From an uncultured Chthonomonadaceae bacterium (lineage in GTDB: Bacteria; Armatimonadota; Chthonomonadetes; Chthonomonadales; Chthonomonadaceae): a stretch of 64,000 bases of DNA. A program made the translations under genes and the position numbers. Below, in pieces: positions 1 through 10,610 of the stretch; positions within the stretch are counted from its first letter, which is position 1, and every line of letters starts with the position of its first letter. Below the pieces are notes generated by a model. That model was not told the origin of the DNA. It did no database searches and was given only the letters and a program-made list of their open reading frames with translations. The stretch covers positions 352,001 to 416,000 of the forward strand of contig CAWFQB010000001.1 of assembly GCA_963817895.1 (NCBI GenBank), read 5' to 3'.

Positions 1-1130
1 GCGAACGAAGAACTATTTCAGCCGCTGCAACTCGGAGCCTTGACGCTGCCGAACCGGATTATTCTGGCCCCGCTGACGCGCTGCCGCTCATCGGAGGGCC
101 GCGTCCCGAACGATCTCATGCGCGAATATTACGTGCAGCGGGCGTCCGCCGGATTGATCGTCAGCGAAGCGACAAGCGTGACGGCAATGGGCGTCGGCTA
201 TGTGGATACTCCCGGCGTGTGGTCGGATGAACAGACGAACGGCTGGCGCAAAATCACGGACGCGGTACACGCGGCAGGCGGGCGCATGTTTCTGCAATTG
301 TGGCATGTAGGGCGGCTGTCGCACCCGGATTTTCTGGACGGAGCCACGCCGGTTGCCCCGTCCGCCATTGCCTGTCCCGGCGACATTCGGCTGCCGGGTA
401 ACGGCCACGCGCCGTATCCTGTTCCCCGCGCCCTCGAAGCCGACGAGATACCCGGCATTATTGAGGAGTACAGAAGGGGCGCGGCAAACGCCAAACGCGC
501 CGGGTTCGATGGCGTGGAGATTCACGGCGCGAACGGCTATCTGCCGGATCAATTTTTGCGCGACGGAACCAATCGGCGCACGGATGAATGGGGCGGCTCA
601 CCAGAAAACCGGGCCAGATTCCTGCTGGCGGTCACGGACGCGGCCATAGAGGTTTGGGGCGCGGATCGTGTGGGCGTTCACCTGTCGCCGCGCAACATGG
701 AGCATCACGGCATCGCGGACTCGATCCCGCAGCAACGTTCGGCTATGTGGCTCGCGAACTCGGCAAACGCGGCATCGCGTTTCTATTTTCCCGTGAGTCG
801 GTCGAGGGCGGGCCGCGCTATACGCCGCCCCTGAAACCGATTTTTGGCGGAGCAGTAATTTCCAACGAGGAGTTTACGCCCGGTCAAGCCGTACAGGTGT
901 TGAACCGGGGCGAAGCGGACGCGATCTCCTGGGGCAAGCTGTTCCTTGCTAATCCCGATTTGCCCGCCCGTCTGAAGCAGGATGGGCCGTACAATACGCC
1001 CAATCCGGCCACCTTCTACGCGCCGGGAGCAACCGGCTACACCGATTACCCATTCCTGAGCGACAGCGAAGAAGCCGATGAACCGCATTTGTCCCCAATG
1101 GCAGAGCGCGAAACGGCGGGAGTACGCTGA
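1..1130 (+). CDS. nemA: Old yellow enzyme / N-ethylmaleimide reductase-like alkene reductase; 5' truncated by the window edge, apparent 1-bp frameshift near 723
   Basis: NRIILAPLTRCR, YYVQRASAGLIVSEAT, LQLWHVGR, GFDGVEIHGANGYL in ORF 40..834; C-terminus (WGKLFLANPDLPARL...FYAPGATGYTDYP) continues in ORF 588..1130. Confidence 0.88.
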
Positions 1131-1203
1131 CAATTGGGCAGAATTACGCGCGGGCAGTAGATGGCAAAGATCTGCTACCCTGCGCAACGATAGAAGGGAA
1201 ACC

Positions 1204-2214
1204 ATGATGAAGACCAGTTTGCAGGCGTTGAATATGCAAAAGTTAAATCGGCGCGAAATGATTGTCGCCGGGGTTGGACTGACTGTAGGGCTGGCATTAG
1301 AAAGCGGTTCGGGCATGGTGTCCGGCGCTTTACCTGCCTTGCCCGCGCCGCCGGACTTCGACCACGATGCCATTCAGACGCTGAAATTGTCCGACACGCT
1401 TTCCGTGCTGATGGGCATGGGCGGCAACATCGCCGTTTTGACGGGCGAGGATGGCGCGCTTCAGATTGATTCGGGCGTTCCTTCCCGCGCCGCCGACATT
1501 GCGCAGGCCATTGCCGCCCTTTCGCCCAAACCCGTTGCCACGCTGATTAACACGCACTGGCATTATGACCATACCGGTGGCAATGAAGCGGTTGGTAAAG
1601 CGGGCGCGCGGATCGTGGCGCAGGACAATACGCGAACACGGCTGGCGACAGCGCAACGGATTGACTTCATGAAAATGGATGTTCCTCCTCTGTCCAAACC
1701 CGGTCTGCCAACCCTGACTTTCGCCGATAGCGCGACAGAATACGCCAATGGCGAGAAACTGGTTCTCGCGCATGTCGCGCCCGCCCATACAGACACGGAC
1801 ATTTTCATTTACTTTCAGCAGGCCAATGTGATTCACGCGGGCGACCTGCTGTTCAACGGCTTTTACCCGTTTATTGACTATTCGAGCGGCGGCTGGATTG
1901 GCGGCATGGTTGCGGCTGCCGACCATCTTCTTGCGGCGGGCAATGCGCAAACGCGCTACATTCCGGGGCATGGCCCGATGGCAAGCCGCGCCGACGTGCA
2001 GAGTTTTCGTTCCATGCTGGCAACCGTACAAAGCCGTATCGCGCCTCTGCGGAAAGCGGGCCAAAGCGAGGCGCAGGCCGTTGCCGCAAAGCCAACGAAA
2101 GACCTTGACGCGAAATGGGGACAGGGCTTTCTCAACGGCGATGCGTTCACCGGTCTGGTATATCGCGGGCTTGCGCAGCACAGCCAAACCAAAGCGCGCC
2201 TGAGCGGAACCTGA
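1204..2214 (+). CDS. MBL-fold metallo-hydrolase (cyclase-like) with Tat-like signal
   Basis: INTHWHYDHTGGN, AHTDTD, GDL, IPGHG motifs; N-terminal LNRREMI. Confidence 0.85.
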   Translation: MMKTSLQALNMQKLNRREMIVAGVGLTVGLALESGSGMVSGALPALPAPPDFDHDAIQTLKLSDTLSVLMGMGGNIAVLTGEDGALQIDSGVPSRAADIAQAIAALSPKPVATLINTHWHYDHTGGNEAVGKAGARIVAQDNTRTRLATAQRIDFMKMDVPPLSKPGLPTLTFADSATEYANGEKLVLAHVAPAHTDTDIFIYFQQANVIHAGDLLFNGFYPFIDYSSGGWIGGMVAAADHLLAAGNAQTRYIPGHGPMASRADVQSFRSMLATVQSRIAPLRKAGQSEAQAVAAKPTKDLDAKWGQGFLNGDAFTGLVYRGLAQHSQTKARLSGT

Positions 2215-2234
2215 GCGCCTATTCTAATAAATTT

Positions 2235-2329
2235 CCCTTCTCCCAAAGGTTGGAAGAAGGGGCAGGAGTTGAGGGCCGATAAGTTCCCCTTCTCCCAACT
2301 TTAGGAGAAGGGGTTAGGGGTTGAGGGCC
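2235..2329. repeat. Tandem pair of REP-like palindromic units (CCCTTCTCCC-N7-GGRAGAAGGGG...GTTGAGGGC)
   Basis: Two near-identical ~45-bp hairpin units in the intergenic space. Confidence 0.7.
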
Positions 2330-2345
2330 AATAGGAGAACATACT

Positions 2346-3363
2346 ATGAAAGCATACGCGATACAGGATCAATTCGGGCTGGACGCGCTGAAACCGATTA
2401 CGCTGCCCGATCCCGAAGTCGGGCCGGGACAGGTGTTGATACGGGTTCGCGCCGTGTCGCTGAATTACCGAGACTGGATGATGGTATCCGGGCAGTATAA
2501 TCCGAAGCAACCCCTCCCCCTCGTTCCGCTTTCGGATGGGGCGGGCGAGGTGGCGGCGGTTGGCGCGGGCGTTACCAGAGTCAAGGGTGGGCGACCGGGT
2601 TGCGGGCATCTTTACGCAGGCGTGGCTGGACGGCGCGTACAAGCCGGAATACTGGCGAACGTCCACGCTGGGCGGGCCGCTACCGGGGATGCTTGCGGAG
2701 TACGCGCTGCTGTCGGAACAGGGCGTCGTCCCTCTGCCGGAATATCTCTCGTATGAGGAGGGCGCCACGCTGCCCTGCGCGGCTGTTACGGCGTGGAACG
2801 GCCTGTTTGTGGCAGGAAATTTACAGCCGGGGCAAACGGTTCTGGTACAGGGTACGGGGGGCGTGTCGCTGTTCGCGTTGCAGATGGCGAAAATGGCGGG
2901 CGCGGAGGTGTTCGTCACGTCCAGCAGCGACGCCAAACTGGAAAAGGCGAAAGCGTTGGGCGCGGCCGGAACGGTCAACTACAACACCATGCCGGAATGG
3001 GGCGAAGCCGTGAAAGCGTTGACGAACGGCGTGGGCGTGGATTACATTATCGAAGTGGGCGGCGCGGGAACCCTGCCCCAATCGTTCAGGGCGGTTCGCG
3101 ACGGCGGGCATATCGCGGTCATCGGCGTTCTGGCGGCGGGCGCGGGCGACATCAACCCGGTTCCCATTCTGCTCAGAGCTTTGCGCCTGACCGGGATTCT
3201 GGTGGGCAGCCGCAAGATGTTCGAGGATATGAACCGCGCCCTGACTCTCAACAACCTGAAACCCGTAATAGACCGCGTGTTCGCTTTTGACGAAGTCGGG
3301 CAAGCATTGGCGTATCTGAAAAGCGGCTCACACTTCGGCAAAATCGTTATTCGCCTTGATTAA
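2346..3363 (+). CDS. NAD(P)-dependent MDR-family alcohol dehydrogenase/quinone oxidoreductase; frameshift near 2585
   Basis: SLNYRD, PLSDGAGEV in 2346..2756; GTGGVS, HFGKIVI in 2536..3363. Confidence 0.88.
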
Positions 3364-3398
3364 GAAGCCCACCGGCCACCGACCGGCAAGACCTGTAC

Positions 3399-4385
3399 TC
3401 ATCTGACGGCACAGGGTTCTGTTTCGCTGTGGGCAACGGCTTGCGACGCGGCGGCTTGCCCCTGATAGACAAGATACTGCTTGTCTACGGGACACTTCCA
3501 GCCGTCGCGCATCCCGCGCAAAAAGTAGATGACGCGGTTTAGTCCGAACGGACGGCGCAGAGCCATAGCCGACCAGAGCGTAGGCGCAACGGCATACGCG
3601 CCGAGTTCCCACAACAGCAGGACAAGGGCCGCCGGGTGTCCGCGTTTGAGGGGCTTGATATGGGCCGCGCCAATGCCATAAAACGCATTGCAGGCCAGCG
3701 CGCGTCCCTCGGTCCAGTTGCGGAAGCCGTAGTGGTACACTCTGCTGTCACGCGATTCGTAGACATGGAACCCGGCAAGAACGCACCGAATGGTCATGTC
3801 CCGATCCACGCAGGCTTTGAACGAGCCGCCGGGGCAGAGTTCGGGGTCGAACCCGCCCAACCCGAGAATATGCCGCCGATTCACAACGGTATTGGCCCCG
3901 ATGCCGCGCGCCGACAGCTTTTGCCAGATGTTGGTGACGAGCCGATCCTGATTGACGTAGTAGGTGGGGATAAATCCTTGCAGCGGGTCGTGGTCTACGG
4001 GCAGCACATTGCCGTAGGTGATCGCCAGTTTCTCATCGCGGGCAAACGCCTGCACCTGCTGAATGGGCCAGTCGGCAAGAACTTCACAATCATCATCCGT
4101 AATGGCAACGAGGTCGTGTTTTGCCAGGCGCAAGCCCTCGTTCAGCGCCAGCCCTTTGCCCTGCGTGTCGGTGTGAATATAGCGCAGGCGCGGATCATCG
4201 CGAAAGGCTCTGAGCGCGTCTTCTGTGTTCGAATCGGAGGATTGGTCTACAATCAGCAATTCCTCGCAGCGCGTGTCGGCGGCAAGGATGCTGCGCACAG
4301 TGGGTATCAGGGAGCCGCCACGATTCCGGGTGCAAATCAGCACGGAAAAAGGGTCGCAGGTTGTAGCCGATTGCTGTAGTAGCAT
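3399..4385 (-). CDS. Glycosyltransferase family 2
   Basis: SVLICTRNR, LLIVDQS, GKGLALNEG, TDDDC (DxD) motifs. Confidence 0.88.
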   Translation of the reverse strand: MLLQQSATTCDPFSVLICTRNRGGSLIPTVRSILAADTRCEELLIVDQSSDSNTEDALRAFRDDPRLRYIHTDTQGKGLALNEGLRLAKHDLVAITDDDCEVLADWPIQQVQAFARDEKLAITYGNVLPVDHDPLQGFIPTYYVNQDRLVTNIWQKLSARGIGANTVVNRRHILGLGGFDPELCPGGSFKACVDRDMTIRCVLAGFHVYESRDSRVYHYGFRNWTEGRALACNAFYGIGAAHIKPLKRGHPAALVLLLWELGAYAVAPTLWSAMALRRPFGLNRVIYFLRGMRDGWKCPVDKQYLVYQGQAAASQAVAHSETEPCAVR

Positions 4386-4641
4386 GTCTCTCTTTTGATT
4401 ATATTTTACATGTCCCGTTCGCGCAGGGCGAACACTCCTCGGACGTTTCCAACGCCTATTTTCGGCGCGTTACGCGGCTCGCTGTAACCTCTTCCCCGAC
4501 ACGATGCGAACTTGTAAGGCAAACGTTCGGCTGCTTCCGGCGGCACTCCTGTGATTTTGACGAATAACCCGGTATATAAGTTCATATTACCAGAAAACGG
4601 GGAAATCGGTACGGTGAATCTACATTTTTCAGGGCTAACGC

Positions 4642-5061
4642 CTCTAAACGGAAAAAGAAAAGAGTATGTAGAGACAGCGTCGAAATATTGGCAATGCAGC
4701 GCTTTCAGCCCAGTGTCTCGTTGTGTCAAGTTTTTATGTCGAGGCGTCGTGACCTCCGTAGGGTTAAGGAGAACGAGTATATACAGGCATCATCCAGCAC
4801 CTCCCTTCCAGGTTAGATTGTTGTGAGCGCAGAGGAACTCCGCGCTTTCAACGGCCCGCCACCTGGCTATTTAGTAGACGCATGTTTAGACGAGGCGAAT
4901 ACAGAAGGGGGTTCGTTTATTTTGCTGTTTAACCAGAAACTTTTCTACCTTTTTTACGCGTTCCTGCTGGCTTTGGCAACAGGAAAAAGGAGCAGGCACA
5001 GCATGGGGGCGAATGTGCCACGACGAGATAGGTGTTGAGCATTTTAGATGCGCCGATCCTG
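4642..5061 (-). repeat. Conserved ~420-bp dispersed element, copy 1 (candidate structured RNA with micro-ORF)
   Basis: Aligns along its length with the reverse complement of 27136..27566; the 4642-4823 core is roughly 85-90% identical by manual alignment. Confidence 0.9.
4764..4790 (-). CDS. Candidate 8-aa micropeptide MPVYTRSP (copy 1)
   Basis: AAGGGAGGTG SD, 7-nt spacer, ATG CCT GTA TAT ACT CGT TCT CCT TAA; same peptide in copy 2 with only synonymous changes. Confidence 0.6.
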   Translation of the reverse strand: MPVYTRSP

Positions 5062-5072
5062 CACCCTTTTAG

Positions 5073-5887
5073 CTATGCGCTTACCGCGCTCCGCTTTTGC
5101 ATCCATTCTGCCGCCTGCTGCGTGGTCAATTTTTTGGTGATGTTGCCTTCGCGGGTGTAGATGTCGCCGTTCAGGTAAACGGGCGTGGCGGAGGGCGCGA
5201 CTTGCACAAGGCAAATCGAACCGCCGGGCAGGGGTTCGACGCGCGGCTGAACCAGGCCATGCGGAAGCGGCTGTAGGCGTTCCGTGACCATCTGGTTGAT
5301 CTTTTCGATCAGGCCGTTTTCATTTTTGTGGTTGCAATGGGGCAGGTCGCGCCCGATGCCTTTGATTTCGCCCTTATCGGATACGCCAATGAGCAGTTCG
5401 CCGCCCCCGGTGTTCAGAAACGCGGCGATCTCCTTCAGGCTCTGCCCCTTTTCGGCGTCTTTGGGATCGCCGGTGTAGGTGTCTACGGCAAGGGTTTCCT
5501 TGAACTCGATGCGCGCGCCTTCGCCTTCAGCGATGCGCCGCAGCAGGGGATGCGAAGTCCAGTAGCCGGGGGGCTGCGCCAGAACGTATTCGCACCGCGC
5601 CAGATGATCGGCGTATTCCGCTTTCACCTGCTCCATTACCTTTTGCGAAATCGCTAGTGTGTCGTAGCGGCGACAGAACCACAGTTCGATCTCGCGTATA
5701 TCTTCGGGTTCTAAGCCATACAGGGCGTAGGCAATTCGGTCAATTTCCTGTTGCTCGTGAAGATGATATGGGTAGCGTGGCTCTACCTTCTGCTTCTCAA
5801 TAATTTGTTCAACAAGAGTGGGAATGTTGGTACGAATAATTTCTTCAACAGAAGGAATTACAAGTTGCTTCATAACTTCTTCCGGAA
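5073..5887 (-). pseudogene. C-terminal part of the type IIG-like methyltransferase with AlbA_2 (Schlafen-like) domain, separated by the IS
   Basis: EIDRIAYALYGLEPEDI is a typical type IIG C-terminus; GEGARIEFKET and IAAFLNTGGGELLIGVSDKG match AlbA_2. Confidence 0.75.
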
Positions 5888-5953
5888 TGTGTCAAGGATT
5901 TTGAGACAAAAAGCGAAAGTATTTTTATGTAGCGAGCAGTCATTCCTCGCCAC

Positions 5954-6985
5954 TCAACCGGCAACCGGTGCTGTGCCTTCGCCAACGGGCAACGCAGGCG
6001 CATTGATCCAGACAACGTTGGGTAACTGCCCCGCCTGCGGACGCTCTCGAAAGCGTTGCGGATGCGCGGCATAGGCGTTATCTAACGTGACTTGCCGCTG
6101 CGCCAATACCTGCGTTGCTTCGCCGAAATGCACCTGTTCGGGCGTAAGCAACACCAAGCCGGTATGGTGGTGGCACGTATTGTACCCGACAAAGTAGTCC
6201 TGGCAGAACGTCTGCGCGTCTTCCTGGCTGCTAAAGCGCTCCGGGAAGTAGGCGCTGTACTTCATCGTTTTGAACCCGGCTTCCGAGTACGGGTTGTCGT
6301 TGCTGACACGCGGGCGGCTGTGCGAACGGGTCACCTGCAACGAAAGTAAGAGCTGCGCTACCGACTGGCTTTTCATCGGCCCGCCGCGATCCGCATGGAG
6401 GGTGAGTTGGTTAGGCGCGATGTTGTATTTACGACAGGTTTCTTGCAGCAGCTTGTGCGCCAGGTATTGACACTCCCGGTCTGCGAGCATCCAGCCGACC
6501 ACATAACGACTGTAGATGTCCATAACCACATATAAGTAATAGAAGCGACCCCGAATGGGCGTCTTCAAGTAGGTGATGTCCCATGTCCACACCTGATTAG
6601 GGCCGGTTGCCTTAAGTTCAGGTTTGCTATACGCCGGATGCCTGCGAACCCGCCGACGCTCACAGATGGCTTGGTGTTCGTGCAGCAGGCGATACATCGT
6701 GCGATAGGAAGCGTGATACACGCCTTCTTGCAGCAATTGCGCATACACCTGCCGGGGCGAAGCGTCTACAAAGCGTTCCGACAAGAGTAGATTGAGCAAC
6801 AGGGCGCGTTCCTCTTCCGACAAGCGGCGAGGAGAACCCCGTTGTGCTTTGGGAACAAGGACGCCTTCTTGGATTGTGCCCGTACCAGCGTGTTGCTCCC
6901 GGTAGAAGCGGGCGCGGCTCAGTTGCACCGCATCACAGGCGCGGCCAATCCCGGTCGTTGCGCCCGCTTCGGCAACCAGGCTTAT
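5954..6985 (-). CDS. IS3-family transposase OrfB (rve integrase core)
   Basis: PNQVWTWDITY, DIYSRYVVGW, HADRGG, SNDNPYSEAGFKTMKY. Confidence 0.9.
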   Translation of the reverse strand: MSLVAEAGATTGIGRACDAVQLSRARFYREQHAGTGTIQEGVLVPKAQRGSPRRLSEEERALLLNLLLSERFVDASPRQVYAQLLQEGVYHASYRTMYRLLHEHQAICERRRVRRHPAYSKPELKATGPNQVWTWDITYLKTPIRGRFYYLYVVMDIYSRYVVGWMLADRECQYLAHKLLQETCRKYNIAPNQLTLHADRGGPMKSQSVAQLLLSLQVTRSHSRPRVSNDNPYSEAGFKTMKYSAYFPERFSSQEDAQTFCQDYFVGYNTCHHHTGLVLLTPEQVHFGEATQVLAQRQVTLDNAYAAHPQRFRERPQAGQLPNVVWINAPALPVGEGTAPVAG

Positions 6986-7428
6986 TCGGGCGGCGTTTCT
7001 TCCAGTGTCAGGTCGAGCAAGGCCGCTACTTTTTTTTGGAGTTCCAGCAGAACGCGCAGTTTCTGGTTCTCGGTTTCCAGAGCGGCCATCCTGCGGGCAT
7101 CGCGTTGGCGGGCGGCTTCTTTGTCTTTGCGCTGCTTCTGCGCCTGGGCAGAGTTCTTCTCGCCCAACTGACCCGCCTCGCGCAGTTTGCGGAAGTTGGC
7201 AAGCGTGGAGGAGTACAGCCCTTCGCGGCGAAGCAGCGCCCCCAACTCTCCCGGCTTGACGCAGGCGTCGGCTTCTTTAAGGATGCGCAGCTTGTACGCA
7301 GCGGTAAAGCGGCGGCGCGTGGGGCGCGTTTGCACCTGCGCCTCCGGGCGCAGCGCGGGGGAGGGCGCGCTGTGGTGTCCATTGTTGGTGAGGCGAGTGG
7401 TTGGGCTGTCTGTCAACGGCGTATTCAT
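6982..7428 (-). CDS. IS3-family transposase OrfA (HTH)
   Basis: RRRFTAAYKLRILKEADAC...GALLRREGLYSS; A8 slippery run at 7030-7037. Confidence 0.85.
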   Translation of the reverse strand: MNTPLTDSPTTRLTNNGHHSAPSPALRPEAQVQTRPTRRRFTAAYKLRILKEADACVKPGELGALLRREGLYSSTLANFRKLREAGQLGEKNSAQAQKQRKDKEAARQRDARRMAALETENQKLRVLLELQKKVAALLDLTLEETPPE

Positions 7429-7504
7429 CTGAGAAATCCATTCTCCGCCCTGGCGATCTACACTATTTCGTGTACGGGATTTTGTCTCAACCTATTGTGG
7501 CACA

Positions 7505-10500
7505 CAGGGTTCTGCGGTTTCGACACCATGAGAAATGTAGCACTTCAATAAGTAGCGCACTGCCTTTGAAGTTAATATGCCAAGTAGCGGGTAGGCATGG
7601 TTATCATCAAAGAACATTCCTGACCCTTTATTTCCATTGATTCCACCACAACCTATCCGAAACGTAGGACTGTATTTGCCCGTTGTTGAGAAAGTCAAAC
7701 CTTTGAGAAATCTAAACTCTGCGTTCGCTAAATCAGAGTGAGAACTCACTCTTCATATCCTGAACAGCATCATAAGACCAGTTGAGAACATATTCAGTAG
7801 GAACGAAGTAGTTGGGTAGCCAACCCTTCTTTGCCTCAGAAGGCCCTCCTTTATCAAATGGAACAAAAGATTTGTTGGCTGTCTTGATGCCTTCCCGCTT
7901 TTCTTCTTCTGTCAACCGAGCTATTTCTTCTTCAGACAAAACTTTATCAGGCTCGACAACAGGCAAATTGCTTCCGCGTACAGAATGATTGGCCTTTCGT
8001 ATATACTTTTCGTTGCTTCCCGTTTTGATGCCTGCGACAATCTTACAAAGACCATCATTGTTCCACTGTTTTCCACTTCGCACTCTACGATAGGTTTTAC
8101 CCAACCTAACGAACTCAGGAACGTCCAAACACCTGAAGGATACGCGGGGATCCTATAAAGAACGAGAGATTGTTGTGGGAAGCAATAAGGTTTTGCAAGT
8201 AGGTATAACGGGCGTATGTTGTCGCCTGTACATCTACTCCATGGGTAGCGACTGTACGCAGATTTTTGTCGAGTGTAGCCCAGTCTTCATCATCTACACT
8301 TCGCAAGTCACCTGCAATTAATGTGTGCTTAATCGTTGGCTTGGATTTTGTCAGAGTAAGAATACAAGTATTGACAGTCGCGCCAAAAATCCAATCTGGC
8401 AAGTCAAGGAGATGCGTTACTGTTGTTTGCTCAAGCAGACGCTTTCGTAAAGGGCGCTGTGTTTTTATAGTGCGCCACGTATCTGATACGATGAAACTGA
8501 ACTGCCCGCCCGTCCGCAGCATCTGCAAGGCCCGCGCCATGAACAGGCCATAGGTTTCTGTTGATTGCGCTCCGTCCGTGTGCCGGGTGAAATAGATGTC
8601 GCGCACCTTTTCTTCCACGCTCGCGCCGTATGGCGGATTGGCGATCACGATGTCGAAACCCGGCAGCGTTTTCTCCACCAATGCCTGCCCCATGTTCATC
8701 GCGCCGCCAACCGTGGTTTCGGACTCCTGCTCGGCAAACACTTCGGCAAACGTGACGCGCCAATCCAGCGAACCGGGCTGTGACGAGCCGACGAGATCGC
8801 GGATTTTGGCCTGTTCCCGCTGAATGTCCGCTTCCACAATGGCTTTGGGCCGGTCGGATACAAAGCGGCGGGGGCGGTAATACTCGTCGTGCAGTTTTTT
8901 CAGTTGCCGGGCGTGTTCGCTGTATCTTTCGCTTTGCATTCCCAGATTGGACGGGTCGGGGGCCGTAAGCGAGTCGCCCTGCTGAATTTTGAATTTCAGG
9001 TTGGGCAGGCTGACGTTCGGCTCGCCCTTCGACCAGTCCAGCGGGTCGGTTTTGTTTTCCACCATGAGCGACAGCCACAGACGCAGCATGGCGATGCTCA
9101 CGGCAAACGGGTCCCTGTCCGCGCCGTACAGATTGCGCTGAATGATGCCGAGTTTGCGGTCGTATCGGTCGGCTTCGGAAACGGGGTTCAGGCGGATTTC
9201 CAGCCGGTCAATCAGGGCGTCCAGTTCGTGTAACATGCCGAGCAGGTACGCTCCCGAACCGCAGGCCGGGTCGCAGACCTGCGCTTCGCCCACCATGCGC
9301 AGCAGGGCGAGGGCTTCCGGGTGCTGCAACTGTTCGGTTTCTTCGCCATCCACCAGCCGGGAGATTTTGGCGGGCGTGACGCTGTGGGGAACGCTGCCCA
9401 ATTCCACGCCGCTTGCCAGATAGCCTTTGAGGGCTTCGCGGCACATGAACGAAACGACGAGCCGGGGCGTGTAGTACGCGCCGCTCTCCTTGCGCTGTTC
9501 ATTCCGCGTCACCACCTTTTCAAACACCTGCCCCAGCATTTCCGGGTCTACCGCCACTTCCACATCGAGGGGCGTACTCTCCACAACCGTAAAATTGTAC
9601 CGCTCGAACAGGTTGAATACCGGGTCGAAAGCCTTGTTGCGAACGGTGATTTTGTCGGGCGGAACCGGGTCGTTGTTCTTGTCGAACAGGCCACCGTTCA
9701 AAAAGGGAATGTCGCCTAATTTGCTTTCCAGTTCCACCCAGTTGTCATACGCGGGGCGTTCGGATGTGGGCGTGTTCAATGCCTGAAAGAAAAGCGGCTG
9801 CAGGTACTCGTCGTAGAAGTTATGGCGCGCGTCTTCCGCGCCCTTGCCCGGTTCGGATTGGGCAAAATTCCACTGCCAGCGCAGATAGTCCTCGCGGCGG
9901 TACAGCCATTTCTTCTTTTGCAGAAACCAGCAGAACATCAGGCGGTTGAACAGAATTTGCGCGAACAGATGCCGCTCGTCCTCGTCCGGCAGGGCCGTGA
10001 GTTCCTGTTTGAAGGCGGTGAACGTGTCGGAATAATCCCTGTAAAAAGCGTCCGTGACCTTCTGTACATCAAAGGCTTGCGCCCACGCGCGCAGCCACGC
10101 CGCGCCGTCATTCGTATCCGTCGGCCATTTCAGATATTCGAGATTCAGCTTGCACAGCGTATGCAGATGCGTGTCGTTCCGCTTCCAATCGAAGCGGGCA
10201 ATACGCGCCTTGTGCCATTTGTCGCCCCGAAACTGCGCGAATGTAAAGCGTTCAAATGTGGAGGTGGCGCATACGAACAGTATATTCTCATGGGGAAACG
10301 AGGGGAGATTGGCGGCTTTATCCTTTTTGGGAACAAGGCCGTTCAGGACGCGGCGCAGGGGCTGATTGAAAATCTCCTCGTCGGTAAACTCGACAAAGAA
10401 AATGGCCCAGGGCTGCGCATCTGTGTAGGGCGCAATTTGCAAAACGCGGGCAATATGCGGTTCATCCTGCGCGTCCAATCCCAATTCATCCGGGAAGTAT

Positions 10501-10610
10501 TCATACGTATGCAGCGGCTCGCCCTGATTCCAACCCAACTCCTGCCGCAAAAACGCCCATAGCGTGTCTTCGCTTTGTATCTTCCTGACCGCCTGAATAT
10601 CTACCGCCAT
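7505..10610 (-). pseudogene. Type IIG/Eco57I-like N6-adenine DNA methyltransferase-restriction protein; frameshifts near 8128 and 7749, interrupted by the IS
   Basis: IPFLNGGLF, DPEMLGQVFE, GAYYTP, DPACGSGAY, GFDIVIANPPY; continuation in ORFs 7733..8128 and 7492..7749. Confidence 0.85.

Larger units (their letters stand above)
5888..7504 (-). mobile_element. IS3-family insertion sequence (~1.6 kb)
   Basis: Imperfect terminal IRs TGTGTCAAGGATTTTGAGACA and TGTGCCACAATAGGTTGAGACA; orfA/orfB layout; no clear target duplication seen. Confidence 0.85.

Noticed and set aside
4551..5038. ORFs 4551..4826 and 4823..5038 (+), and 27308..27520 (-), sharing peptides such as PPFQVRLL
   Set aside because: The similarity comes from the duplicated element read on its antisense strand. 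Indels between copies break these frames and no SD is evident.
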